The translations under genes were made by a program, and so were the position numbers. The notes under the pieces were generated by a model. The model ran no database searches. It was given only the letters and a program-made list of their open reading frames with translations, and was not told the origin of the DNA. From a virus (Duplodnaviria; Caudoviricetes), in IMG/VR virus record IMGVR_UViG_3300046836_000099, positions 1-56,703 of that record: a DNA stretch of 56,703 nt; one strand, 5' to 3'. This document shows positions 17,422 to 27,657 of the stretch, one piece after another; position 1 is the first letter of the stretch; every line of letters begins with the position of its first letter.

Positions 17422-18895
17422 CGGTAGAACTGAACCAAACATTAGCCGCGAGGCTTTGTTTGAAAAGCTTAAGTACGTTCCTCACTCGGAAGCACAGTGG
17501 GATGCTCATAGAGCTACGCAACGATTTCGTACAATTTGTGCAGGACGGCGTTTCGGTAAATCTCTATGGGCTGGTCACGAACTGACGTTAAAGATGTTTG
17601 TTCCTGATACGATTAATTGGGTTGTAGGACCTGATTATGGTCTAGGAGAAAAGGAGTTCCGTGTCGCATATACTGACTTCCAAAAGCTTGGTTTGCTTGG
17701 ACGTTGCAGCAAGTCATACAACGTTAAGCAAGGGAATATGCGTCTATACTTTAAAGACCTTAACTCCTTGCTTGAAGTCAAATCAGCCGAACGAAAAGAT
17801 TCTCTGGTTGGAGAAGGTTTAGATCACGTTTGTATGAGTGAGGCTGCTAAGCATTCCATGAGTACATGGCAGATGTATATTGAACCTGCACTCGCTGACA
17901 AGTTAGGATCAGCAGACTTTCCAAGTACGCCACAGGGGTTCAACTGGTACAAGGGAATGTACGAGTTAGGACAGAATAAGCACCGCGATGACTTAGACGA
18001 TTATATCTCTTGGCGCTTCCCGACTTGGGTAAATACATTCAAGTTCCCTGGTGGATTCGATCCTCAGTGTCCTAATATCCAGACTAACGATTCAGGCCAA
18101 GAAATGCATATGGGCTATCGTCGTGGTCTAAACAAGTGCGATTGCAATAAGGAACTTGTCAGGATTTTCAACAACAGTAGTCGTATGTACTGGATGCAGG
18201 AATACTGCGCTGAGTTTACAGCTTTCGAGGGAATGATCTATCCAGAATTCAATGAAACGATCCACGTCCGTAACTTTGAATACAACCCTAGTTGGAAGAA
18301 TTGGCTTTCTATCGACTTCGGGTTCGTTGATCCGTTTGTCTGCTTAGACATAATGATCGACCAAGAGGATCGTGTATGGGTTTGGCGTGAATACATGGTT
18401 AGCTACAAAACGAATCATGAACATGCTCAGGTCTTAAGAGCTAGAGAGAATCCGGAGGGCTATCACGTTAATGCAGTTGCGGCTGATCCGCGCGATCCTG
18501 ACGGAATACAGACAATTGCGTTCGCTCTCGGTAGTGCTAACGCTACACCTGTTGATCGTTCCGCTGGTTATGAAGTAGTTAGAAGGCATCTTAAAACTCG
18601 TGAAGATGGTTTGCCTGGTCTGATTATTCATCCACGTTGCACAGAGTTAATCAGGCAGTTAAAGGTTCTTCGTTACGCCGAGTCTAAAGAAGGTCATAAT
18701 AGCAAGCAAACGCAACATGACTACGACGATCACGGTCCTGATGCTTTGCGCTATTTCTTCAATGAATACTTTATCCTCGGGAGGAACGAGAGTCTAGCCG
18801 ACCTGTATAGTGGAATTGGTAACGGGACTGAGGCAGATACATTTTTCACCTATCATGGGGCAATAACCCTTGATAGTGAATTAGGAAGGTATTAG
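17411..18895 (+). CDS. terL: Terminase large subunit
   Basis: Walker A CAGRRFGKS, Walker B VCMSEAA, STPQG motif, nuclease IDFGF and DHGPDALRY. Confidence 0.95.
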   Translation: MSSNGRTEPNISREALFEKLKYVPHSEAQWDAHRATQRFRTICAGRRFGKSLWAGHELTLKMFVPDTINWVVGPDYGLGEKEFRVAYTDFQKLGLLGRCSKSYNVKQGNMRLYFKDLNSLLEVKSAERKDSLVGEGLDHVCMSEAAKHSMSTWQMYIEPALADKLGSADFPSTPQGFNWYKGMYELGQNKHRDDLDDYISWRFPTWVNTFKFPGGFDPQCPNIQTNDSGQEMHMGYRRGLNKCDCNKELVRIFNNSSRMYWMQEYCAEFTAFEGMIYPEFNETIHVRNFEYNPSWKNWLSIDFGFVDPFVCLDIMIDQEDRVWVWREYMVSYKTNHEHAQVLRARENPEGYHVNAVAADPRDPDGIQTIAFALGSANATPVDRSAGYEVVRRHLKTREDGLPGLIIHPRCTELIRQLKVLRYAESKEGHNSKQTQHDYDDHGPDALRYFFNEYFILGRNESLADLYSGIGNGTEADTFFTYHGAITLDSELGRY

Positions 18896-18900
18896 TCTCA

Positions 18901-20403
18901 ATGGCGTTACGCGATAGACTAGGTTTAAAGAAGAAGGACAGCACACCTACCCGTCAAAATACGGGTACTACTTATGTTGCTCAAGGTGCTGTTGAATCTC
19001 CGAAGGCTGCAAGCCTTAGTGAGATGGGTTCCTCTAAGGGTACGCATATTGTTGATCCTGTACCTGCTTTATCTAGTCCTGCTACGGCTCTCCGTACTTA
19101 CACTAGTATGGTACGTGACGATGTATCAGTTCGTGTAAGCCTTCGTGCTGGTAAGGCGCCGATATTAGGCGCAGACTGGTATATCCAGCCATATAGTAAT
19201 AACGAACAGGACGTTGCTATCGCAGAATTCGTTGAGTTTAACCTGTTCGACGGAATGACGACTCCGTGGGTTAAATGCTTAGAACAGATTACCAAGATGT
19301 TCGATTTCGGATTTAGTGTATTTGAACCCGTTTGGGAAATGCGTGAATGGGCGCCTCGTAAGTCTACTCCCGGTGCTAACCGCAAACAATACACTATGCT
19401 GCGTAAGTTGGCGGCACGTCCCGCAAGTACGGTAAGTCAGTTTAACTACGACGATAACGGAGGCCCGGTAAGTATTGACCACAACGCTGTTGCTGCTGAC
19501 GGTCATTCTACCTTAGTTACTATTCCGATTGATAAGCTGGTTGTCTTTACGTTTGACCAAGACGGTGGCGATCTTAGAGGAAATAGCATACTTAGGTCAG
19601 CTTATCGGAATTGGTATTACAAGGATCATATGTATAAGATTGACGGTATCCAGAAAGAACGTCACGGCATCGGGGTGCCAGATATCGAATTACAGCCAGG
19701 ATACAACGAGAACGATAGAAAATTCGCACACGAATTAGGCTCAAATCTCAGGACGAACGAACGTGCCTACATTGTTAGAACTACTAACATGAAGGTTGCA
19801 TTCGCTGAGTTAAAGGGCAATCTTGTTGAACCGTTGCGTTCTGCTGAGCACCACGATACCATGATTATGAAGAACATCATGGTTCAGTTCCTTAACTTAG
19901 GTACTGGCGTTGAAGGTGGCGGCGGCGGTCGTGCTACTGGTGCAACAAGCATGGATATGTTCCTTAAGTCCATGCGTCACATTGCGAAGTCTATCTGCGA
20001 CAGTATGAACTTGTACTTAATACCGAATCTTGTTGCTTATAACTTCCCTACTGATAACTTCCCGAAGTTGATGGTTCGTGGAGTTGGCGAAGTTAAGGAC
20101 TTGCAGATGTTTGCTGCTGCTATTCGTAACTTACTCAATGTTGATGCTATCTCTATGGACGAAGATACAGAACAGTGGGTGCGCGATCAATTCGATATCC
20201 CGCGCAAAACTGCTCCGTGGACACCGCCTAGCCAGAATCCTGAATACGTTACTGAGGCTATCAAAGTCGATCAGACTAGTGACGGTAATGGCAACGGTGG
20301 TACAACTAAGGATGCGGCAACTTCTGCTAAAAAGACTATCGACCACTCTAAGAACGGGGGAGCTGGTAACATTGGCAAGCCCGACAATAGTGGCGCCGTC
20401 TAA
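18901..20403 (+). CDS. Portal protein (Mu gp29/DUF935-like)
   Basis: Follows terL; FGFSVFEPVW, GNSILRSAY, ERHGIGVP motifs. Confidence 0.9.
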   Translation: MALRDRLGLKKKDSTPTRQNTGTTYVAQGAVESPKAASLSEMGSSKGTHIVDPVPALSSPATALRTYTSMVRDDVSVRVSLRAGKAPILGADWYIQPYSNNEQDVAIAEFVEFNLFDGMTTPWVKCLEQITKMFDFGFSVFEPVWEMREWAPRKSTPGANRKQYTMLRKLAARPASTVSQFNYDDNGGPVSIDHNAVAADGHSTLVTIPIDKLVVFTFDQDGGDLRGNSILRSAYRNWYYKDHMYKIDGIQKERHGIGVPDIELQPGYNENDRKFAHELGSNLRTNERAYIVRTTNMKVAFAELKGNLVEPLRSAEHHDTMIMKNIMVQFLNLGTGVEGGGGGRATGATSMDMFLKSMRHIAKSICDSMNLYLIPNLVAYNFPTDNFPKLMVRGVGEVKDLQMFAAAIRNLLNVDAISMDEDTEQWVRDQFDIPRKTAPWTPPSQNPEYVTEAIKVDQTSDGNGNGGTTKDAATSAKKTIDHSKNGGAGNIGKPDNSGAV

Positions 20404-20575
20404 AACTCTGGAAGAGATAGACTTCCAGCTAGATTTACTAAGCACACTGTATAATCGAAGTACGAAAAAGACAATTAAGGTTAAGCTTCAAAAGGATATA
20501 GACAAGTGGTTAGATAAGAGGTTACATCTAACCCATAGTATTCCGTTGGACGACGAGGTGACTAATGGACTTTGA
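20390..20575 (+). CDS. Hypothetical protein, 61 aa
   Basis: 3' part of ORF-track 20078..20575; GTG at 20390 fills the gap between portal and protease. Confidence 0.55.
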   Translation: MAPSKTLEEIDFQLDLLSTLYNRSTKKTIKVKLQKDIDKWLDKRLHLTHSIPLDDEVTNGL

Positions 20576-22151
20576 ACACGAAATCTCATATCTCACAGAG
20601 TTAAAGCAGTTCGCTGAAAACGGCGAACTGCGTTGGCTTGCGAATAATGAGATGTGGGTTCAGCAGTATCCATTCGATAGCTGGACTCACCCTGTCTTTA
20701 GTGATACGGTTATTGACCATGATCGTGCTACTAAGTTAAAGGACAGCTTCGATCACGGCGTTAGAGGTACTAAAATCTTCGCTGATTACGAGCATGGTCT
20801 TGATGCTGCTAAGGGTTCAAAAGCAGCAGGGTCTATCAAGGAATTAAAAGTTGTAGATGAACCTCGCGGTGTATTCACGCAGCCCGGACTGTGGGCGCGT
20901 GTGCAGTTTAGTGATACCGCGAGACACGAAATTGATAGTGGTGAGTGGAACTATTGGTCAACAACTCACTTTGATGAATGGAAGCATCCTCAGACTGGTG
21001 AAGTACACGAAATGGTCTATGACGGTGGTGGGCTTACTAATAAGCCTTACGTCAAAGGCATGGTGCCACTTAACTTCTCTGAGCTTGGTATTCCAAAAGA
21101 ATTCGCTGTGTGGTCTACAGCGATGCAGAACGATTTACCTGATAGTTCGTTCTGTTATATCGAACCTGGCGGAACAAAAGATAGTAGCGGTAAGACCACG
21201 CCTCGTTCATTACGGCATCTTCCTTACAAGGATGCCAGTGGTAAAGTCGATCTAGCGCATGTTCGTGATGCACTAGCTAGACTCGATCAGGTTCAGAATA
21301 TGCCTGCATCTGCTAAGGCATCTTGTAAGTCTAGATTAGAGAGGTTGCTTGGCGCGAAGTCTTACGACGAGCAGCTTGCAATCTTAGATGAGGAGTTAGT
21401 AGTGGATGACGATAATGTAGTTGATCCGCCGGTCGATGCTGTTGATGATAATGGCAACATTATTGTTGTAGACCCTCCGGCAGTTGTTGATAAGGTCGAT
21501 GATGATAAGGGTGGTGAAAAAGACGTGGAGTTAGAGAAGGAATTACGTGCGAAGTTAGGTCTTGCTGATGACGTTGATATCGTCAAGGCTGTCACCGACC
21601 TTAACGACGAAGTTACTCCTATGCGTGAAGTTCTCAAAGCTCATAGTGAGCGTAAGGCATTCTCTGAGGCATTCCCCGACGAGTTTGCACGCATGGTTCG
21701 TTTAGAGAAGTCAGAGCAGGATCGTTCTGCTAAGGCATTTTCTGAGCAGTACACTAACGTTCGTCTTACCGAGAAAAAGGGTGATGACAACGAGGCTACA
21801 ACGCTTGGCTTTAGCGGCTTAGTCATTCAGAACCTTGAAGGACTTGCTAAGGAGTTCAGCGAAGGTACTGCTACACTTGATTCGGTCAAGACTGTTATTG
21901 ATTCTATCACGAATAGCGGTGTCGTTGATTACGGTACTAGAGGTTCTAGTCGTGAAGATGATAGTCTTATGAAGGACGAGGATGCAATTCCGTCTGGTGG
22001 AGTTCGTGAGACTCGTAAGCTCTTTGCAGAGAAGGTTGCAGAGGTTATGAAGGCTGATGAACTTGATTACCAGACCGCACTTAGAATGGCTGCTGATAAG
22101 TATCCTGTGTTAGCAGAAGCATACCACTCTGCTGGTATGGAGAGGTCGTAA
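20565..22151 (+). CDS. Capsid maturation protease/scaffold (Mu gpI-like)
   Basis: DYEH, AAG.IKEL, GLWARVQF, GGGLTNKP motifs; acidic coiled-coil C-terminal scaffold. Confidence 0.85.
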   Translation: MDFEHEISYLTELKQFAENGELRWLANNEMWVQQYPFDSWTHPVFSDTVIDHDRATKLKDSFDHGVRGTKIFADYEHGLDAAKGSKAAGSIKELKVVDEPRGVFTQPGLWARVQFSDTARHEIDSGEWNYWSTTHFDEWKHPQTGEVHEMVYDGGGLTNKPYVKGMVPLNFSELGIPKEFAVWSTAMQNDLPDSSFCYIEPGGTKDSSGKTTPRSLRHLPYKDASGKVDLAHVRDALARLDQVQNMPASAKASCKSRLERLLGAKSYDEQLAILDEELVVDDDNVVDPPVDAVDDNGNIIVVDPPAVVDKVDDDKGGEKDVELEKELRAKLGLADDVDIVKAVTDLNDEVTPMREVLKAHSERKAFSEAFPDEFARMVRLEKSEQDRSAKAFSEQYTNVRLTEKKGDDNEATTLGFSGLVIQNLEGLAKEFSEGTATLDSVKTVIDSITNSGVVDYGTRGSSREDDSLMKDEDAIPSGGVRETRKLFAEKVAEVMKADELDYQTALRMAADKYPVLAEAYHSAGMERS

Positions 22152-22157
22152 GTAACA

Positions 22158-22406
22158 ATGACTAATCCTGCTGAGTTTATGGAGGCAGGACAAGACGGTG
22201 CTATTGATATTCGCATCGGGCACGATAGTTCTGGGCCTCCTAATAACTGGCGCAGAGATACACCGCCTGCTGGTGAAGATGGTACAGTTCCAGATAGGCG
22301 TTTAACTATATCGGATCAGAATGATGTAGCAACTGGACCGGGTACAGATGTAACGCATCCGGTCTATCCTTCGACATTTGATATTCCAGATAGTGAGATG
22401 GGGTGA
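22158..22406 (+). CDS. Hypothetical acidic protein
   Basis: 82 aa in head module. Confidence 0.65.
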   Translation: MTNPAEFMEAGQDGAIDIRIGHDSSGPPNNWRRDTPPAGEDGTVPDRRLTISDQNDVATGPGTDVTHPVYPSTFDIPDSEMG

Positions 22407-22416
22407 ATGACTCAAA

Positions 22417-22815
22417 ATGCCTGCAAGCATGAATATTGACCAGGCCAAAGGTAAAAACGCATCTAGCGCGATTACTAAGAAGCGGTTTTGTAAGCTTGAT
22501 ACAACCGCAACTGATGGTGAAAGTGTTTTGATGTGTAATACAGCTGGTGAGAATGCATACGGTGTTTCGTTATTCTCTTGTTCCTCGGCAGAAATTAGTC
22601 GTGGTAAGGGTGCTAGCATTGTCACCGACGGACGTGCTATTGTAGAAGCAGGCGGAACCGTTAATATCGGTGATGCTGTTGCTACTGATAATGTCGGACG
22701 AGCAGTTACCGCAACTTCTACGCAGTTCGTTCTCGGTTATTGTGACGAGAATGGCGGCGGCGCTGCTGGTGACGAGCTTGGAATCAGCCTCGCACTCGCA
22801 GGTGGTAAAGCCTAA
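22417..22815 (+). CDS. Capsid cement/decoration protein (DUF2190-like)
   Basis: VEAGGTVNIGDAVATDNVGRAV motif; directly upstream of capsid gene. Confidence 0.8.
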   Translation: MPASMNIDQAKGKNASSAITKKRFCKLDTTATDGESVLMCNTAGENAYGVSLFSCSSAEISRGKGASIVTDGRAIVEAGGTVNIGDAVATDNVGRAVTATSTQFVLGYCDENGGGAAGDELGISLALAGGKA

Positions 22816-23861
22816 TGTATGATCCTGGTTCACTATACGTAGACCCGATCTTAACTCAGTTAAGTGTCGGGTTCCAGCCTGAGAATGTTTACGGGTTACA
22901 GGTTGCACCTGAAACTCCCGTAAATACACAGTCTGGACGTTATCGTGTATTCGATCGTTCTGACTGGTTAATTCATCGTTCGCGCCGTGAGCCTGGTACA
23001 CAGGCTAACACGGTCGGGGGCCGGAAGTACAGTGAGGATACGTTCAAGACGCAGGAACATGCGTTAGCAGCAGAGATTTACGATGAAGAGCGTCAGGAGT
23101 TAATCTCTCAGGGTGGTTTAGCTGATCCGGTGTTCGGTGGAGCTTTACAGATTGATCCTGAGGCTGATGCTGTTACATACATTACTCGCTCGCTGCGGTT
23201 AGAGCATGAGCAGAAGGTGAGTACGGTATTTCGTAATACTGCGAACTATCCTGGTAACCACACGGTTACTCTTACTTCCGGTGGTACTGGTACACAGTGG
23301 TCGAATTATGCGTTAGCTACTCCTGGTGATGTTGGTACTGCGTACAGCAACCCGGTTGCTAACCTTAAGACGGCTATGCAGAGGATCAAGCTTGATACGG
23401 GCCGTTGGCCTAACACCTTCATCATCCCGTTTGATGCAGTTGGTGTTATTGAGAACCATCCTCGTTTAGTTGCTCGGTTCCAGTACACTTCCGTTACTGA
23501 TAACCAGGCTTGGAAGCAGCTTCTTGGTTTACCTGATGAAGCTACGTCCAGTCTTACGATCATTGTTACTGACAGCAAGTACAATGCTGCCGATAACGTT
23601 GATTCAGTTGAGAACATTCAGACGTTTTGGGGAACTGATGCATGGTTAGGATTAGTTGATCCTCAGCCTGGTCAGATGACTAAGACGTTTGCTAAGACGT
23701 TCGCGCAGAAGTACCCGAGTGGAGACACGCGGCCTGCCGATCGTTGGCGCGAAGATAACCGCAAGACTGATGTTGTGCGTTCTTCTTGGAAGTACGATAT
23801 CAAGGTCGTTTCTTCGACCGCTGGTTATCTCTTCAAGACCGCTGTTGTGGCTGTCTCGTAA
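22815..23861 (+). CDS. Major capsid protein
   Basis: 348 aa; YVDPILTQLSVG start and AGYLFKTAV end typical of Mu-like/E-type capsid proteins; synteny. Confidence 0.9.
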   Translation: MYDPGSLYVDPILTQLSVGFQPENVYGLQVAPETPVNTQSGRYRVFDRSDWLIHRSRREPGTQANTVGGRKYSEDTFKTQEHALAAEIYDEERQELISQGGLADPVFGGALQIDPEADAVTYITRSLRLEHEQKVSTVFRNTANYPGNHTVTLTSGGTGTQWSNYALATPGDVGTAYSNPVANLKTAMQRIKLDTGRWPNTFIIPFDAVGVIENHPRLVARFQYTSVTDNQAWKQLLGLPDEATSSLTIIVTDSKYNAADNVDSVENIQTFWGTDAWLGLVDPQPGQMTKTFAKTFAQKYPSGDTRPADRWREDNRKTDVVRSSWKYDIKVVSSTAGYLFKTAVVAVS

Positions 23862-23879
23862 TCAAGGGGAAGGAACAGC

Positions 23880-24224
23880 ATGGCAGAAAACGTTAAGTAT
23901 TACTCTTGGTCTAACATTTCCCATTGGGATGGAGACAAACTCATTACTATCAAGCCTGGTACTGAGGTAACTCAGGAAGGACTTGGTTATGATGATGCTG
24001 CCTGGGAAGAGTTGTTAGAGGGTGGAGCAGTTAGGCCGCGTCCGTGGCCTAAGGGCTTAAATCCTGATAGTGTTAGTTCACTATCGCCGAATGAACACCG
24101 TTTACGCACGCTACGTTTACAGCGTGAGCAGTTAGAGGAAGAAATGGCTGGTGTTGGTGGTAGTTCGACTCAGGATGATGTTGCTTCTGAGCGTGCTGCC
24201 GCTTCTAGTGGAGGGAATGCCTAA
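23880..24224 (+). CDS. Hypothetical head-associated protein
   Basis: 114 aa; IKPGTEV...LLEGGAV motif. Confidence 0.7.
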   Translation: MAENVKYYSWSNISHWDGDKLITIKPGTEVTQEGLGYDDAAWEELLEGGAVRPRPWPKGLNPDSVSSLSPNEHRLRTLRLQREQLEEEMAGVGGSSTQDDVASERAAASSGGNA

Positions 24225-24226
24225 TA

Positions 24227-24682
24227 ATGGCTGCGCTGTTAGCAAGCAACCAAGATGTAAATGCGTGGTTCACTAACGATAAGTTAGAAGCCGATGACGC
24301 AAATACAGCAGGTCTGCAAATAGAAGCATGGAGACTGATTCGTGGTCAGCTTGCTAACAGCTATCTCCCTACTGTACTAGCTAGTTGGGTTGATCCAGAA
24401 ACTACGCCGGATCAAATCAGGTCAATTGCATCGAGGTTGATCGCGGCGTACTTGTATAGGGCTGTGTATGCGGAGGATAGTCTAACTATTCCTCCGTATG
24501 CACAGCAGCTATACAACGAGGCTATCCAAATGTTAGCGGACGTTCGTAGTGGTAATGTTGTTCTGCTTGATGTTAACGATGAGCCGATTGCTACGAATAT
24601 TTCTGCTATGTCGGCATCTGATTTCTGGCCCAACAATACTACAGATGGGCCATTCTTCACGATGGATGCTGTGTTTGGATAA
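24227..24682 (+). CDS. Head-tail connector (Mu gp36/DUF1320-like)
   Basis: IASRLIAAYLY...YNEAIQMLADVRSG motif. Confidence 0.75.
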   Translation: MAALLASNQDVNAWFTNDKLEADDANTAGLQIEAWRLIRGQLANSYLPTVLASWVDPETTPDQIRSIASRLIAAYLYRAVYAEDSLTIPPYAQQLYNEAIQMLADVRSGNVVLLDVNDEPIATNISAMSASDFWPNNTTDGPFFTMDAVFG

Positions 24683-25299
24683 TGCCTGATACGTTCATAA
24701 TCTTAGACGACGGCGAAACATTAATAACAGGAACTTGGGAGCCGTCACCGAAAGACACTTCTGCTCGACTACTGGCGCTCGCCAATTACTACGAAGATAT
24801 GATGCCTGCTTTAATAGCATCACGCGAAGCTGCCATAGAATCGACAGAACTACACTTTGAAACACAGTCTGATCCTAATGGCGATGCATGGGCAGAACTG
24901 GACGAAGATTACAAAATCGCTAAGATCAAGCAGGGATTTCCAGGTGACGAAATTCTCGTTAGAACTGGTGAAGGTAAAAGAGCAGCTACCGGCCCTGCAT
25001 GGATAATTTGGGAAGATACTCTCTGGTTCGACGAGACTAAACTTCCTGATTATATGTGGCTGCATCAGATGGGTACTACGCAGATGGGTATTCATCAGGG
25101 TAACATTCTAAACAAGTTAGCATCAGGTGAGAGAATTACTCCCGAAGAAGCTGGTATCGTTAATATGGGAGGCGGCGGTAAGAACCTTCCAATGCGTGAA
25201 TTCATCGGATTCACAGAAGTTGATGAAGCTGTCTTTGCTGGTATTTGGAATAAGTGGTTTGAAGAGGGAGTACAGGAAGAGTTCCCTGAGAATATTTAA
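24682..25299 (+). CDS. Virion morphogenesis protein (Mu gpG-like)
   Basis: HFETQSDPNGDAWAEL, ILVRTG, HQMGT, LPMREFIG motifs. Confidence 0.8.
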   Translation: MPDTFIILDDGETLITGTWEPSPKDTSARLLALANYYEDMMPALIASREAAIESTELHFETQSDPNGDAWAELDEDYKIAKIKQGFPGDEILVRTGEGKRAATGPAWIIWEDTLWFDETKLPDYMWLHQMGTTQMGIHQGNILNKLASGERITPEEAGIVNMGGGGKNLPMREFIGFTEVDEAVFAGIWNKWFEEGVQEEFPENI

Positions 25300-25760
25300 T
25301 GCCAGTTGTAGCCGTCACACCCACAACGATTACTCGTCCAGAAGAATTGGTCGAGTATCTTGCTAATTTGTTTCAAGAGCAAAGCGAGTTTGACTTCGGA
25401 TACATCGCTAAGTACGACGAGAAGATGTATCCTAAATATCCAGCTATACATATCATGGCTGCGAACTTCGATAAGACGTTACACAGCACAGCGACTTTCC
25501 TTATCGGAATGCGCGCCGCAATACATATCCTTCATGCTAATATGAAGGAAGATCGTCAGACACGCAACTATGAAGATTTGCGTTTAGCCACACAGGTCGT
25601 AGAGTTCTTAGAAAGCGATATGACTTTAGGTGGACACGTAATCCACGGATTCGTTGAAAACGAAGTCCCTGGTGTTTTGCCTCCGAGAGTTACTAAGGGG
25701 GATGCAGTAATTAGTACTCGCTTGAATTGGATGGGTATTTCTCAACGGAGGTTCAAATAG
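25299..25760 (+). CDS. Putative tail terminator
   Basis: YPAIHI and LESDMTLGG motifs; position upstream of tail tube. Confidence 0.7.
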   Translation: MPVVAVTPTTITRPEELVEYLANLFQEQSEFDFGYIAKYDEKMYPKYPAIHIMAANFDKTLHSTATFLIGMRAAIHILHANMKEDRQTRNYEDLRLATQVVEFLESDMTLGGHVIHGFVENEVPGVLPPRVTKGDAVISTRLNWMGISQRRFK

Positions 25761-26092
25761 TGTCCTATACGCTTAAATTTGAGCATCCTCATTTCCCCGA
25801 AGGCAAAGAGTTTGCTATCAATGATCTTGGCATTGTTCCTAACGGTGGCTCGTTAGACATTGATGAAGATATGGAAAGGCAGTTCGTTGCACTACGGGGC
25901 ATTTCAATGGAGGATGCTTTAAAGCAGATACCAGGAGCTACACTTAGTGGTTCCAGTTCGTTAAGTGCGGAAGAGGTAAAGTCCTTGATTCCGTTAGTCG
26001 AGGAAGTTCCTAGTGAAAATACTGTTGCAGAGACTCCCGCAATTCCTGAGGCTACTGTAGCAGCAACCCCGGATACAGGGGGTGAGATGTAA
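25760..26092 (+). CDS. Hypothetical protein
   Basis: GTG at 25760 after GGAGG. Confidence 0.7.
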   Translation: MSYTLKFEHPHFPEGKEFAINDLGIVPNGGSLDIDEDMERQFVALRGISMEDALKQIPGATLSGSSSLSAEEVKSLIPLVEEVPSENTVAETPAIPEATVAATPDTGGEM

Positions 26093-27108
26093 TGGCTAAT
26101 GTTGACATTGGCTCCAATAACGCTGTATGGATTGGAATTGAAACTACATACGGTACTGCTGTTGATCCAACGGCTTCTGGTGTTGGAGTTTGGATGCCAA
26201 TTCTAGATGAGGCGTTAGTTTATACCGAGGCTAAATACTACAGCCCACAGATTCGTGAACAGGCAATGATGAGTTCTGTTGTTCCTGCTCCGTATCACGT
26301 CGAAGGTCCTATTCACTTCGAGGTAGACGCTAATTATCTTCCGTACCTTCTTTACGCTTCACGTCACTCGGTCGTTAAATCCGGTTCAGGGCCGTATCTC
26401 TACATTGCACGTCCTACGGCTGCTGGTGCAACGTATCCCGGTGGTACTGCTAAGGGTATTTCGATTGCTATTAAGCGTAATGGCGTCGGATTCCTCTATA
26501 GCGGTTGCGTGATTAGTGAGTGGTCATTCACTATCAACAACGGTGTGCTTGAATGTACGGCTACAGTCCTTGGTCTTGCAGAAGCGAATACGGCTGCTAC
26601 GTTAGTCGGTGTTCCGACCTGGATTGATGCAGAGTTGTTTGGTGCAGATGCTCATAGTATTTACGTTGATACGGCTGGATTAACTCCTACGTTCGCGTCG
26701 TTAAGTCCGGCATTCAGCGGTTACACTATGGATATCAACCATGCTGCTGTTGCAGAGAATCGCATTAACCCGTCACGCGCTGCTAACTTCATTGCATACG
26801 GTGTGACGGAAGCAACGTTAACTACGGAGCTTGACTTCCTTGATAAGACGGAGTACAACAACTTCAAGAACAGCACGCTCCGCTCCATTAAGTTAGAGTC
26901 TAACCGTCCTGGTGGTGCTGGTAGTACATACGGTGCCGCGACTGAGGCTGTTAGAATCATTAACTACCGCACGGCATACGATCAGTACACGGTCGATACT
27001 AAGGGAATGGCCGATCTGGTTAGCGCAGCAGTTACAATGCGTTCGCTGGCTATCTCAGGGGGAACCGGCTATAGTATCGAGTGCAAGTCGCCTGTCAATA
27101 TAACTTAG
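26092..27108 (+). CDS. Major tail tube protein
   Basis: GIETTYGT N-terminus, YSGCVISEWSF motif; synteny. Confidence 0.85.
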   Translation: MANVDIGSNNAVWIGIETTYGTAVDPTASGVGVWMPILDEALVYTEAKYYSPQIREQAMMSSVVPAPYHVEGPIHFEVDANYLPYLLYASRHSVVKSGSGPYLYIARPTAAGATYPGGTAKGISIAIKRNGVGFLYSGCVISEWSFTINNGVLECTATVLGLAEANTAATLVGVPTWIDAELFGADAHSIYVDTAGLTPTFASLSPAFSGYTMDINHAAVAENRINPSRAANFIAYGVTEATLTTELDFLDKTEYNNFKNSTLRSIKLESNRPGGAGSTYGAATEAVRIINYRTAYDQYTVDTKGMADLVSAAVTMRSLAISGGTGYSIECKSPVNIT

Positions 27109-27129
27109 TAAGGCAACTAAGGAGAGAAA

Positions 27130-27657
27130 ATGCCGATAGTTACAATTGATCCTAATGCCAGTGAGCGGTACGAGCTTAAAACTGCTCCTGCCGATCCTAA
27201 TGATCCTAACGACGAAGATGGGTTCATCATCCTGCGTCCGTTGCCTTACGGTATGAAACTTACCCGACGGGATAAGGCAACAAGGATGATGATGAGGTCA
27301 CAGCCTGCTCGGAAGGGTAAACAGCCCGGTGACGCTATTAGTGAAATCGAGCTTGAATCTTATAACGAGTGGGCTGTGGCCTTTGACTTCGCTAACTGTA
27401 TCTTGGATCATAACCTTACAGATCAGAACAAGCGAAAGATCGACTTCGGCCGTCCAATGTCAATCAAACTCTTAAATCCTAAGGTTGGGTCAGAGATTGA
27501 AAAACTAATCAATGATCTGAACGAAGATGAGGATGAAGTGATGTTAGATGATTTTCCGCCGCAGTTGAACTCATTGTCTCCGGAAGAGGAGAATCAATCG
27601 TCGGAGAATGGGAGCGATACGAGCGAGACGCAGAAGGTAACGTTGAAAGAGATTTAA
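27130..27657 (+). CDS. Tail assembly chaperone (gpG-like)
   Basis: Between tail tube and tape measure; AAGGAG RBS. Confidence 0.85.
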   Translation: MPIVTIDPNASERYELKTAPADPNDPNDEDGFIILRPLPYGMKLTRRDKATRMMMRSQPARKGKQPGDAISEIELESYNEWAVAFDFANCILDHNLTDQNKRKIDFGRPMSIKLLNPKVGSEIEKLINDLNEDEDEVMLDDFPPQLNSLSPEEENQSSENGSDTSETQKVTLKEI

